A stretch of 64,000 nt of DNA from the human T2T-CHM13v2.0 reference genome, Homo sapiens. The stretch's first letter is position 1; each line of letters starts with the position of its first letter. The notes under the pieces are model-generated. The model did no database searches and had not been told where the DNA came from. It was given only the letters and a program-made list of their open reading frames with translations. The position numbers were made by a program, and so were the translations under genes. The stretch lies in assembly GCF_009914755.1 (NCBI RefSeq), contig NC_060931.1; one strand, written 5' to 3'. Shown one piece after another: positions 42,528 through 56,990 of the stretch.

Positions 42528-43607
42528 TATCGGGGAACATGCCCCCGATGGTCACGTAGGTTCTTTTCTATTTTCCCTAAGCGTCGGCCGGGTTGAGAAA
42601 TAAAGGGACAGAGTACAAAAGAGAGAAATTTTAAAGCTGGGCATCCGGGGGAGACATCACATGTCGGTAGGTTCCGTGATGCCCCACAAGCCTCAAAACC
42701 AGCAAGTTTTTATTAGTGATTTTCAAAGGGGAGGGAGTGTACAGATAGGGTGTGGGTCACAGAGATCACATGCTTCACAAGGTAATAGAATATCACAAGG
42801 CAAATGGAGGCAGGGCGAGATCACAGGACCATAGGACGGGGTGAAATTAAAATTGCTAATGAAGTTTCGGGCATGCATTGTCATTGATAACATCTTATCA
42901 GGAGACAGGGTTTGAGAGCAGACAACCGGTCTAACCAAAAATTTATTATGTGGGAATTTCCTCGTCCTCATAAGCCTAGAAGCGCTATGGGAGACTGGGG
43001 CTTATTTCATCCCTACAGCTCAACCATAAAAGACGGCCACAGCCAAGGGGGCCATTTTAGAGGCCCACCCTCAGGGACGCATTCTCTTTCTCAGGGATGT
43101 TCCTTGCTGAGAAAAATAATACAGTGATATTTCTCCCATTTGCTTTTGAAGGAAGAGAAATATGGCTCTGTTCCGCCCAGCTCACTGGCGGTCAGAGTTT
43201 AAGGTTATCTCTCTTGTTCCCTGAACATTGCTGTTATCCTGTTCTTATTTCAAGGTGCCCAGATTTCATATTGTTCAAGCACACATGCTGTACAATTTGT
43301 GCAGTTAATGCAATTATCACAGGGTCCTGAGGCGACATACATCCTCCTCAGCTTACGAGATGACAGGATTAAGAGTTTAAAGTAAAGAGAGGTGTAGGAA
43401 ATCACAAGGGTATCGATTGGGGAAGCGATAAGTGTCCATGAAATCTTCACAATTTATGTTTAGAGATTGCAGTAAAGACAGGCGTAAGAAATTATAAAAG
43501 TATTAATTTGGGGAACTAATAAATGTCCATGAAATCTTCACAATCCACATTCTTCTGCCATGGCTTCAGCCAGTCCCTCCGTTCGGGGTCCCTGACTTCC
43601 CGCAACA
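42528..43607 (-). mobile_element. MER11 (B/C-like) solo LTR of HERV-K11/HML-8
   Basis: Minus strand starts TGTTGCGGGAAGTCAGGGACCCCGAACGGAGGGAC and ends TTCCCCGATA; 1080 bp; 6-bp TSD GGTATA/GGGATA with one mismatch. Confidence 0.95.
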
Positions 43608-44099
43608 GGGATAAGCATTTATTTTGTTTCATTCTTTCAAATGCATTCTCATATAAAAGCAATGTTTATTTATATTATTTATTTAGAGCTCCAATTTGTA
43701 ATTACATAAAGAAATATAATTTTCAAATACCCAGAAATAGAGTAAGTAGAAAAGAAAGTTAATGTATACAAAATCATTTGATTATTTACCTTGTCAGTAG
43801 GCTAGTATATTGGAATTTTGGAGTCAGGGCCTTCAAATTTATCTGGTATGACCTTCTCAGTTTATATCAATGAAAAATTAAAGCCCAAATAAGTTGAGCA
43901 AACAGTCGGGGGAATAATACTAGAATGCAAGTCTAGTAGAGTGTCCATTCCACTTTATTATGTTGCTTCTTATTTTGAAAATATTTTTGTCAGCTTGACA
44001 AGTTTACATTTGTTACCAGAGTCACTATCTTATTGTCAAAATTGTGTACCATTGTTTTCCTTCCCATCTGACTAGACTTTGGAACATAAGCTTTTGTCT

Positions 44100-46450
<2,351 letters not shown>

Positions 46451-47380
46451 AATATTAGTGGGATTTATATTATTAGTGATATTACACAAAGGAATAAATT
46501 GAGTAATAAATATGGGCTGAATTACCTTTATAAAATGTTGTATTTCTTTTACATCCATGATGATATGAACAACATGTACTAGAAAGTGTGTTGCTTTTAA
46601 TTCTTTATTTAATTTAACATCGGGTGGTTCCTAGCACAGGTCCAGAGATGAACAAGAGTGGAAGATCAGGATTCTTCTTATATTGGATAGATATGGCAAG
46701 CCGGCTTGAACATGGTTAAGGGGGAAACATGAGGACAATTAGTATAGGTAAGGAAGGCCTGTTTTTTTTCTGTGGGTTCAGAGCTAAAACAGAGCAAATA
46801 AATATAGTACATATGCAAACATCAAGGCATGGAAGACAATTTTATGAGCTCCACATATGTCCAATAATTCAGACCAACAAAAATGGACAGTCTTATAGGC
46901 AGATAAAAATACACAAGCAGGAGCCAGCTTACGCCTTTTAAACTAGGTGCTGAGGAGTACCAATTATTAATATGGACTCTTACTCTCTTACTCTTTACTG
47001 ATTTCAAAGATGTTTTTGCATGAATTCACTTATTTGATCATAACACTTGGAACAAGGAGAAGACTAATTTCAGTTTTACTGAAATGATGTTTAGAAGTTA
47101 TGTGCCATGCTCCATGTCACATGTCTTCAAATGAGTAGAGCTAGTGTATTTGCCAGTCTCTTAGTCCAAGCATTTCCCTTTGCGACATTCAGACATTAAT
47201 CCGGGAACCCTGATAGGCTTGAATGTACACAGAGAGATGGCCTGCATCTATTTTGCATGAAGTTGCTATATGGCTTTTGGGCTGGGGCCTTCTGTTCCAA
47301 GATGCCATGGGCTATTTCATGTGGACAAATCCCTTCAGTGAAGCAGGGCTACATAATTATTCAACAAGGGGTGCTGCTGC

Positions 47381-47911
47381 TATATTAGTCACCTAATATG
47401 CATAACAATTTATCCCAAAACTTAGTGGCTTAAAACAATAATAAACATTTATCATCTTTCAGCTTCTGTGGATTATGGATTTGTGAGTAGAATAATTATT
47501 CGATTCTGGCTTAGGGTCTGTCATGAGGTTATAGTTAAGCTATCTGCAATCACCTGAAAGCTTGATTGGGACTAGAGAATCTACTTTTAAGGTTGCTCAC
47601 TTGTGTATCTGGAGTGTTGATGTTGGCTCTTGGCAAAAGGCTTCATTTCCTTGACATAACACTTTGCCCTAAGGCTTCTTGACTATCCTTATGTAATAAC
47701 AGCTGGCTTCCCTGTGATAAGTGATCCAAGATAGCAAAGTGGAGGTCTCAATGTCTTTTATGAACTAGCCGAAGACATCACATGTCATCATTTTTGCAGT
47801 ATTCTGTTGATCATACAAGACAGCTCTATTTGATATGAGAAGACACAACACAAGGGTATGAATACCAGGAGGTGAGCATCATCGGGGTCATTTTGAAGGC
47901 TGACTGCCACA
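47381..47911 (-). mobile_element. MLT1G/H-like MaLR solo LTR
   Basis: CCCAAAACTTAGTGGCTTAAAACAA...GGTATGAATACCAGGAGG...CTGCCACA; 5-bp TSD GCTGC at 47376-47380 and 47912-47916. Confidence 0.9.
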
Positions 47912-48659
47912 GCTGCCTACAAGAGAACTTGTTCCCACATTTCTATGAAGAGCATTATATTTATGAGAGGATGGCTATGAATGATGAGACATAGATGAAT
48001 GAACTTTTCTAATGTTATAATATTAGTTACTTTAACTCAGAAATGTAGTTTCCAATTCATACTTCCTTGCCTGCATTCAAAATACACCTCAGCATTCACT
48101 TCTTCAGGAAGCTTTGCCACACCAATTAGTGTACAAGCAAAATAGTGACAAGACGGAATCTCTCTTCTCACATAATAATAAAACATCTATTACTGGCACT
48201 CTAAGAGTAGTAATGGTTGCATAATCCTCATTAATTTAACATTAAATATCCAGCAAGCATTATCTCATCATATAGGTCCTGTTGATACAGCACTATCATC
48301 ATTTCAACTATTTTCTAATCAATTTCAGTGTACCTTTTAGTGGAGATGGTGGTGAAACCCAAGTAATCTGTAGATTTACAATGTAATTTTTAGATTGGAA
48401 GTAAAAATAAACATGATCCAATTGAATGGGATTGATTGCACTGAGAATTTAATCACTCTTAGGAAGTTAGTATTGTTCTTTATTTGTTAAAAGATAAAAA
48501 CATGCTATCTACATTAGCAAAACAATTTGCTCCAAATCAAACAATAAAAATACACAGTAATTATAATTTTAAAGTGTCACATAAAATTTAAAATAATCTC
48601 ATCCAATAGTTAACCCAATAACCCCTTTTTCAACGTGGCTAACAGGTGAGCATCTTGAC

Positions 48660-48878
48660 CAGCAGTCGGCTTACTTTTTCTGTGAACGACTAGATAGTGA
48701 ATATTTTGGATTTTCAGACTACAAGGTCTTCTGCAAACTACTGAAATTTGTACTTGTTGTGTGAAAATCGTCAAGTAATTCATAAGCTAATGAACATGGC
48801 TGTGTCACACAGAACTTTACTTACAAAAACAGGGAGGAAGCTGGATTTGACCCATGGGCCATTGTTTGTCAACCTCCA
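48660..48878 (+). mobile_element. MER58A hAT MITE
   Basis: CAGCAGTCGGC..ACTTTTTCTGT...AGATAGTGAATATTTT...ATGGCTGTGT...GGATTTGACCCATGGGCCAT.GTTTG.CAACC. Confidence 0.85.
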
Positions 48879-49169
48879 ATCTACATCATGGATCATACAC
48901 TGACAACCCATACTTTATATATGGTCAGGGTATTAGTTTTGTTTATTGTTTATTGATTCCACGTTCTTTTAGAATGAAGCACATTAAGCAAAAACATTCT
49001 TGGAAATACGTCATCTTACTTCCTGTTTTTTCAAAATGCAATCAGCTTTTACCCAAGTGTGTTTATTGTACACTTCCAAATGCACTTGGGTCCAATTGAG
49101 ATTTGACTTCAATACCTGTGTTGGGGATTGCAGTAGCTTTTCAGGTAACCCATGAACTGATTAACCACA

Positions 49170-49405
49170 TTTAAATGTACTAATCACCACATCTCTGTCT
49201 TCCCTTAGCACGCTATTTACATTACTTTATCACACTTTATCGCTTTTAATTTTGTAGCTATTGGCCTCTTCTATTCTGTCTCATTTAAAACACCTTGAGA
49301 ACTGTTATCATGTCCTGTGTATTTTTGTACCCTAGCATCTAGCGCAGTGTTGCAACATAGAACATATGCTTAAGAAATGTTTTTTGTTTTGCTGGATTAA
49401 ATGAG
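49170..49405 (+). mobile_element. L2 3' end
   Basis: CCTTGAGAA...TTTTGTACCCTAGCATCTAGCGCAGTG...TGCTTAAGAAATGTTT. Confidence 0.65.
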
Positions 49406-49529
49406 AAGATTCCTTATCTTTCCCTCTTAAACTTCCTTCCATGGGCCTGTCCTGCCATGGGGAGACTGATTCTAATATCACTTCCATATCAAAGTCACAT
49501 GAATTTTTACAGAAAGGTGTCATGCCACT

Positions 49530-50375
49530 AAATTCATCTTTTCCCTCAGGCTTAATAAATTCAGTTCTTTCAATGATTCTCACCTGACATGGTCCTTAGA
49601 TTTGTAAACTAAAAATAAAATCCTAATCCATCCAACTAACTGAACAGAACCCCTCTTGGTCAAGGGGACTGACCCCCAGAAAAGCCTGAAAATCTGAGTT
49701 CTTGTCCTAGATGGGAAGGGAGTTCAGGTATGCCTCATTACACCCCTTTCCTTTTGGAGTTTAGGCACAACTGATCAGCACTGATGTTAAAATAGACATT
49801 AGAAAACTAACAAAACAGACTCTTTGTGGCAATAAGATATCAAATTATAAACAAGACATAAGGCTATGCCAGGCAAGTGTTAAGTTATGCCAGCACGCCA
49901 TCAGTCTTGCTTCATAGCATCCATATCTTAACTTAAAACATTCCTTTCCTCTGACTCCAACTTTTAGACAGAGCCTTACTCCTTTAACCAATTACCAATT
50001 AAAGAATCTCTGAATCCACTTATTACCTGTGAACCCCTGCTTCAAGATACCTCACCTTTTTGGGCCAAACCAATGTCTACCTTCCATACGTTGATTTATA
50101 TCTTTGCCTGTAACTCTTGGCTTCCTAAAATGTATGAAACCAAACTAATTCAACTGCCTCAGGCACACTTACTTGGGACCTCTTGAGACTGCTTCCCGGG
50201 GCTATGGTCACTCATACTAGCTATTTAGAATAAATCTCTTTAAAATTCTTTACAGAGATTGTTTTTTTTTTTCTGTTAACAGACTGCTTGTTACCTTCAG
50301 CATCCATTACTAGATGTGCTCCCAGTTGTTGACATCCCTCTTAAGATGCAATGCCCACAGTACCACCATATTGTT
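49530..50375 (-). mobile_element. L3/CR1 fragment split by the MER4D-like LTR
   Basis: TGACATGGT...[LTR]...GATGTGCTCCCAGTTGTTGACATCCCTCTTAAGATGCAATGCCCA resembles the antisense CR1 3' region. Confidence 0.5.
49603..50281 (+). mobile_element. MER4D-like ERV1 solo LTR
   Basis: TGTAAACTAAAAATAAAATCCTAA start, CAGACTCTTTGTGGCAATAAGATA, AATAAA near the end, GTTAACA end; TSD GATT/GACT. Confidence 0.88.
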
Positions 50376-51745
50376 TAGTAAATATTTATTTAGCACTTAC
50401 TGCATGTCACTGCACTGGGCAAGACCCTAGTCAGCCCTGTGCTTAACAGCACAAGTACAGGTGGCACTTTTTCTTTTCTTTTCCCTTAAAAGTGTTTACA
50501 GATCATTTTAAATATTCTGAAATTTAGGTAGGAATGGCTGTTAAGCCTTTGATCTACCAGGACTGTCTCTGCACAATTCTCACCTTTTGACCTCTCCATT
50601 GATCTTCGTAGAGCTTCAAATATAATGATAGGGACTCTTTAGAATCCTGGGATATCATGTTTCTGGACTACAGATAAAACTTCTTAAACCAGTCAGTGCC
50701 CTCTTTCAGAGTCCTCATCTATTTTTGACTAAATTCAGCCTGGCAAGTGAAGAGTTTGTCAGATGCTACTGGGACTCTTTTGGAATACTAATGAAGTAAG
50801 ACTCCTTCATCTGTAACACATATAACTGACAGAAGATTACTATTCAGAATATGTAAAAAAAAAAAAAAAAGTTTCTGGAGATCCATGGAAAAGAACTAAC
50901 CAGCAGATTGATGGGCAAAGATAAGACTACAAATACACAGAAGAGGAAATTTGCACAACCAATAAACCTCCTTAGTAATCAGGGAAGCCCTGTAATAATT
51001 ATGTGGACATATGTAGCTACTTATGATAAAATTTCATGTTTATCTTATCATTCCCTGGGTATTCACATATAAGAATGTGATGCCAAAATTGTGTTCCTGA
51101 CACTATTTTCAGTTATACTGGTTACTCTAATTGTTATTTTTTAAAATTCTTTTTTCTATGGATTTCTTTTTCTGAGATTTTTAAGCTCCAGCCTTCAAAT
51201 TTCATTTAAATCTCTTCTTTAATCCAATAGATAGATAAATAGATACAGAAACTTTGTCATTTCTATATTTTTAATTTCCCTTCCAAACTCCCAATTTGCT
51301 GTAACGAAGAGTTTGAAACCATCAATGGTACCCACATGACTTCCAATTTCTTATCACAAAAAGATGTAAGATATGTTTCAGTTCTCTTCTAGAAACATTC
51401 TAGCCTTCAGCATTGTAGAAACTCAATAAATATTTGTTAGATTGAATTGAAATGCAGAATTTGCATTTTTGTCTTTACATGAAATCATCAAAGCAGCCAG
51501 GAGTGAGGGGTTGATAAAGAACACTTTCCTTATAGCCATGCTACACTAGGCATCTTAAGTAACACTCATCAATGGGTAGTTTACAAGCCAATTGGTATGA
51601 GAATTGGTATGAATATTCTTAATCTCTACCATCACCCGGTGTCTTGTTTTTTTATGAGTTTTTTTTCTTCCCAAGGCCTAGTGCAAGTTAAAATTAATGG
51701 ATCATGAAATCAATTCTCAATCAACATAAAAAAAAATCAAGCGAT

Positions 51746-52225
51746 ATCTTAGTCTGGGTTTCTCCCAAAAGGAGTTATTGAGACTAGAGTATCTGTTCAA
51801 ATCGTTTATATGGAATTTGATCCTAAGGAATTGCAGCTGGGGACTGAGAGTAGTGAAGCTGGCAAGAAGGAAGAGACAATCCACAGGTGTGTTATTCTAT
51901 CATTATGTGCATGAAACCCCACTGCCGTAACTGAAAAATTGTCATTCATGTGCTTCAGAAGAAGGGAAGAGCAGAATATTTTTTTCACTGACTCCAGTCC
52001 CCTAACAATCAAGGATTATTCCAAAATGTATTATTTATCTCACACTTTTAGTTTTATGCATCTATCAGAATGGTTGATGGCATTCTTATCTAGTCCTGAG
52101 CAGGAGTGGTTAAGAAGCCTCAGGGCAGAAAGCAAGAAATACGTAAAGCAGCTGGGGCATATGTACCATCTAGATGTGTAACGGCAATAGCAAATATCTG
52201 GAGCACAAAAGTTGCCCCAACACAG
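51746..52225 (-). mobile_element. ERVL-type LTR (LTR16/LTR33-like)
   Basis: TCTTAGTCTGGGTTTCTCCCAAAA...TGAGAC...TTTATATGGAA.TTGATCCTAAG...GGTGTGTTAT. Confidence 0.55.
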
Positions 52226-52261
52226 GTGAAACAGAAGAGAATAGGATGGGATGAGATGAGA

Positions 52262-52603
52262 TAACATGGAAATTGTAGTTTTCATAATCTTCATGTGTCA
52301 TTGGAGGGATCTCGTGGGAGGTGGTTGGATCAGGCGGCAATTCCCACATTCTGTTCTCTTGATAGTGAGTGAGTTCTCATGAGATCTGGTGATTTTATAA
52401 GGGGCTGTTCCCCACTTTGCCCTGCACTTCACTCTCCTGTTGCCATGTGAGGAAGGACATGTTTGCTTCCCCTTACATCATGAGTTTAAGTTTCTTGAGG
52501 TCTCCCTAGCAATGTGGAACTGTGAGTCAATTAAACCTCTTTCCTTTACAAATTACCCGGTAGCAGGTATTTCTTCATAGCATCATGAAAATGGACTAAG
52601 ACA
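52262..52603 (+). mobile_element. THE1 (C/D-like) solo LTR
   Basis: GATAGTGAGTGAGTTCTCATGAGATCTG...ACTGTGAGTCAATTAAACCTCTTTCC...GGACTAAGACA; small 5' deletion. Confidence 0.9.
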
Positions 52604-54699
52604 ATGAGATGTATAGGTTGGAAAATACTAGAATATGTCCCACGTAATGATAAGTGCTATTTCATGAAAATTGTATTTTGGCTCTTTCTCTTCCCGTGTG
52701 TGTATGTGTGTTTGTGATGGTGTGTGGGCATATGTGTATATGTTACTGGATGATGAAGTTGGACATATTTCTTGCTCTATTCTGTGTGTAAAAGTTTGAA
52801 AGGCACTTGTGCCATGCTCTTCAACTCTTGCACATAATGACTCTACCTTAATTTTTGTCTCTATAATCCAGATTGGCTTTTTTTTTTTTTTTTTAGTTTC
52901 TCTGTGATAATTTTATCTTGAACCCTCTCAAATAAACAGAATAATGAAAAGCAGTTCCTCAACATTGTTCATCTTTCTTTTACAATTTATATCTTTGTAG
53001 TTTGACTATTTTGAACCAAGTACAAATAGCATTTGGGCTGGAGTGTGGTTTACCCAGAAAGTTAGGCAAAAGCTCTACATTATACTTTGTTCACATAACT
53101 CAGAATACACCTTCGAGAAAATCAAACAAAAAATGTGGGCAATGAATAGAATCAAAAAAGAAGGAAGCTGCTGGAGTTTGAATGCCATTATTATAAACTA
53201 AATCCCATCTTAATCACTTGCTTGATGCCCAAGAAGAAAAACATACAAAATAATATTCAAAGGCCTGCCGATAAGGTACAACCTCCTTTTCACAACTTCT
53301 GAGTTTTGATTATTTGATGATCTTTTCTGATTTCCTTCTTTATACAAGTGTTTTTTAGCTACCGTTGGGATATTTTACAAACAGTGGTAAAACGTTAGAG
53401 CCTGAAGGAAAAACAATGAGTTGGATCTTTCACCTTCTATGGCATTCATGTTGAAAGAGTACATTAGGGCATATGAATTGACAGCTTTAGATAAATTATT
53501 CAAAGCCCTCTATATATTTTGGTTGATCAGGGGCAAAGCCTTTTTCTCCAAGATGTTCCACCTGACTTTCTTCAGGGAAATGTTGCAGAGGTTAGCATGG
53601 CCTGGAAGGTGTGAGTAGCATAGCATGGAAGGTTTTATTTCATGTTTAACTTATTTGGTAGTATTAGTAATGTAAACACTTTCAGATAGACTAAGGAAAG
53701 ATTGTGATTTTAACATTTTTCAATGTTATACATTGTTAAAATAAAAATGTATATACATTTCAAGGATCAATCCACCTTTGTTTGGCTTAGAACATTTGCT
53801 TTGCTTTGAAAATATTTTATTAGTGATAGATAGGTTTATAAGCATTTGAAATATAATTGTAAGCAACAGAAGTCAAATAATAAATTGTTGATTTTTCAGC
53901 TTCGGATTTGGACACTCATTTGTCATCACTGTGACACTTTCTTATTTAATACTTGGGCATTTCTAGCTTTTAAATGAGATAATACTTTCTTCCTTTCCAT
54001 TTTTTATTACCTTTAGAAGCTTGAATCCTGATAAAGATTTGCAGGCTAATCAGTAGCATTTTAGCTTTTATGTATGGTTTTTTGAACTCAGATATCATTA
54101 AATGAACTCACCTGGGAAAGGGACCAGAAGAAGTTTGGATAATGATGAAAATGATCTCTCCTAGAAAAAAATCATTTGAATATAGATAGATGGATACTTA
54201 GACTGATAGACTGAGAGAGAGGGAAAGAGAGAATTGAGGTGTTATCTGATGGCAATTACAAGAATCTCAAATTATCAATTTTTGATGGCCTGGTATTGCA
54301 GGCTTACAAGAAAAGTTACAATATAGGATGGTGCCAATAACCCCAAATCCCTGTTTACTCTTTCATCATACCAAAATAGGCTGGACCTTGTGTGAGTCAA
54401 GATTCCTTTTGCTTCTTTAACTTAAGGCTGAGACTAAGTCCAGCCAAATAGTATACCTTGCTCTTTTTCCTGGTCTTAGACCTGAAGATTTACTACCCTC
54501 ATATGTTTAGGAAGCATAGGTAGTGTAACTCACAGAAAAAGAATGCCTATCTCCATAAAAGTGTTCTCCATGGTCTCAAACCTCAGCTGGACCTGCTAGT
54601 CTTTTCAAAGGAGGAGAAGCAGGTCTATGCTTGTCTCTTTACATTCTCCATTTGGGAGGGAACATACAGAAGACTGAAAATGCTGTCCAAATTCATTAA

Positions 54700-54890
54700 T
54701 ATAATATGCAATTTTTTTGGCTTTTCTTCTGTGCCAGAGTACATGTAAGCTCTTTATATATAGCATCTTATTTTATTTCATAGAATGTAAGAACTATTAC
54801 TTATGCCATGGTGTAGATTAAAAACGGGGGGTAATTAAGAGTTTAGTAGAAGGCCAATGTCAAAAAGCTAGTGGAGGAGCCGCGGTTCAA
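54700..54890 (-). mobile_element. MIR fragment
   Basis: TGTGCCAG...GCTCTTTATATATAGCATCTTATTT...GTAGAT...AGCTAGT.GAGGAGCCG. Confidence 0.55.
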
Positions 54891-56494
54891 TGGGGAATTT
54901 TGGGACAGTGTCACAAAAATGAAATGCTTTATTCACCTCACTCTTCCCACCTAAAGCCTTGCTCTCTAGCCATATGGCTCCATCATGCACACCAAAGTCC
55001 TCCTATTTAGGGTATTGCAGGGACAGTCAGAGAATTTGGTCCGCAGAGAAGGTGTTTAAATGTTACTATTTATTTTAAACTTTTTTGCCTCTATTATTAC
55101 ATTCTTTCCTATTACAGACTTCCATAGACTTCCAAGGAGGGAAAGTCATAGGTTTCTCGAGAATGGAATCTGTCGAATTATATGCATTTACAGAGGTGGT
55201 TCTACAAACATTTAGCTTCTGTTTAATACCAGTGTCAAAACATCCATGCGTGCTCGCAGAATCGTGCATAGCTAATCTAAAATTATCTATTCAGAGCCTG
55301 TGCCATTGAAAGTTAGTGTCCTAAGGGATGTCCTTACTTAGGATGCAGTTTAGAGAGGAAGAGATATTTTTTACCAACTCCATTTTTAACATTTATTTTA
55401 CTCTCCTGATGAACTTGCTTTTCAAATATTCTCTAAGGACAGGAGAAATTAATAGTAATGAGCTCATTTAGAAAGAAATGGGATCGTGATCATTTTGGCT
55501 TTGTTCACTTTGCAGTAATGGCTCCTGCTCATTTTATTTTCAGGAATTTTGCTTAGGCAAGGTGCTGAGTGCAGCAAGGTGCTTTTCACTAAAATAAACT
55601 TATTGAATTTTGGTGAGCCTCTGGGACAAAAAAGGAAAGACAATTGCCTATAAAATGTGGAATTGTTATCTTTTGGCGAAGAAGAACAGTAGGTGTATGC
55701 AGCTTCTAAGTGATAAACATGTACGTTTCTAACTTCATTTGTACACCTGCCAAATCTCCCCAGCAGCTGTCTTTATTACAGCCATCTGAGCACTAAGAGA
55801 ACAAGTCCAAAATTTCGTAAACAACATGCGTCATAACTAAACTTTCAAAAGGTTTTTATATCATAAGTTGGTAAGTTTCTGACAGCATGCATAGTAAATT
55901 TTAGAGTGCAAACTTTGTGGAGATCTTTTTTTGTTTGTTTTACATAAACACTATGGTTTCAGAAGAGAGCACATTTAATAAATGAGAAGGAAAACAACAG
56001 AGTCACTTTCATGAACCAAAGTATCTGTACCGCTTAGAGAGATGTTGGCTAGTAAGACTGTCTTAACTTAATATTCTTACGGAGATGATCATATCCTGTC
56101 ACAGGCTATTATTTTCAATGCACGCAGTTTTAGATACCTGATTCCCTATTTTCTTGTTTGAAAAGCTTGGAGGAAATATTTTCTTTGTTTCTCGTGGAGA
56201 TTCTTCAAGGCGATGATCTTAAGCTGAAGTCTGACCAACTCAGGAATTTGCTTCTCCAATGTAAGCATTATAAGGTAGAATTTGGAAGTATCCTTATTTG
56301 TCACCCTTTATTTTTCATTGGTGTTGGATGACATAGAAGGATGGAACTGTATATGAGTTAAACAAAATTTGTTTTTGTACCAGAAGAGCAGGTAAAACAG
56401 AACATACATATTTTTGAATTTTTAAAGTTGCACGTCTGTCAGATTCTGAGGTCTCCTGATAGACTAGATAATTGATGGACTTTCAAAGCTGTCA

Positions 56495-56680
56495 CAGTTA
56501 GGTTTGAATTCAGCATCTCATATGGCTAGGGAGTTTTTAGTCAAGTCAATTTCTTGGAACTGAATGTCCATGTTGAGACAATGATGGATTTTAATACTTA
56601 CCTTATATGACTATCGTGAAAATCAAATTGAGTGATGTATGAAATACCTAGGCGTGTGCCTTATTGTAGGTGCTTGAGAC
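56495..56680 (+). mobile_element. MIR fragment
   Basis: GGTTTGAATTCAGC...TCAAGTCA...AATACTTACCTTATA...ATGTATGAAATACCTAG...GTAGGTGCT. Confidence 0.6.
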
Positions 56681-56844
56681 ATCCTATGTTAATCTCTTTC
56701 CATTTAATAACAAGAGGGGGACGAGGTAGCTAAAAAGTTAATGAATATAAATAGGAAAAGATGTTTTATATAAAATATAGTAATTGAATCAGATGGTATT
56801 AGGAGAAAATAATTAAGTAAAGCCAAACACTTAGTAATTGAAAA

Positions 56845-56990
56845 CTAGTTTATTGAACTCTTATTATGTGCCTGACACTGTTTTAAGTTCTTTACATACA
56901 TCATCACAGCCAGTCCTCACAAAAGCCCTGTGACAGTGATTACTCACATTTTAAAAATGAGCAAACAAGCCTGGAGAGATTTAGCGCTAT
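56845..56990 (-). mobile_element. MIR fragment
   Basis: TTTATTGAAC..TTATTATGTGCC...TCCTCACAA..GCCCTGTGA...CATTTTAAAAATGAG.AAAC. Confidence 0.75.
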
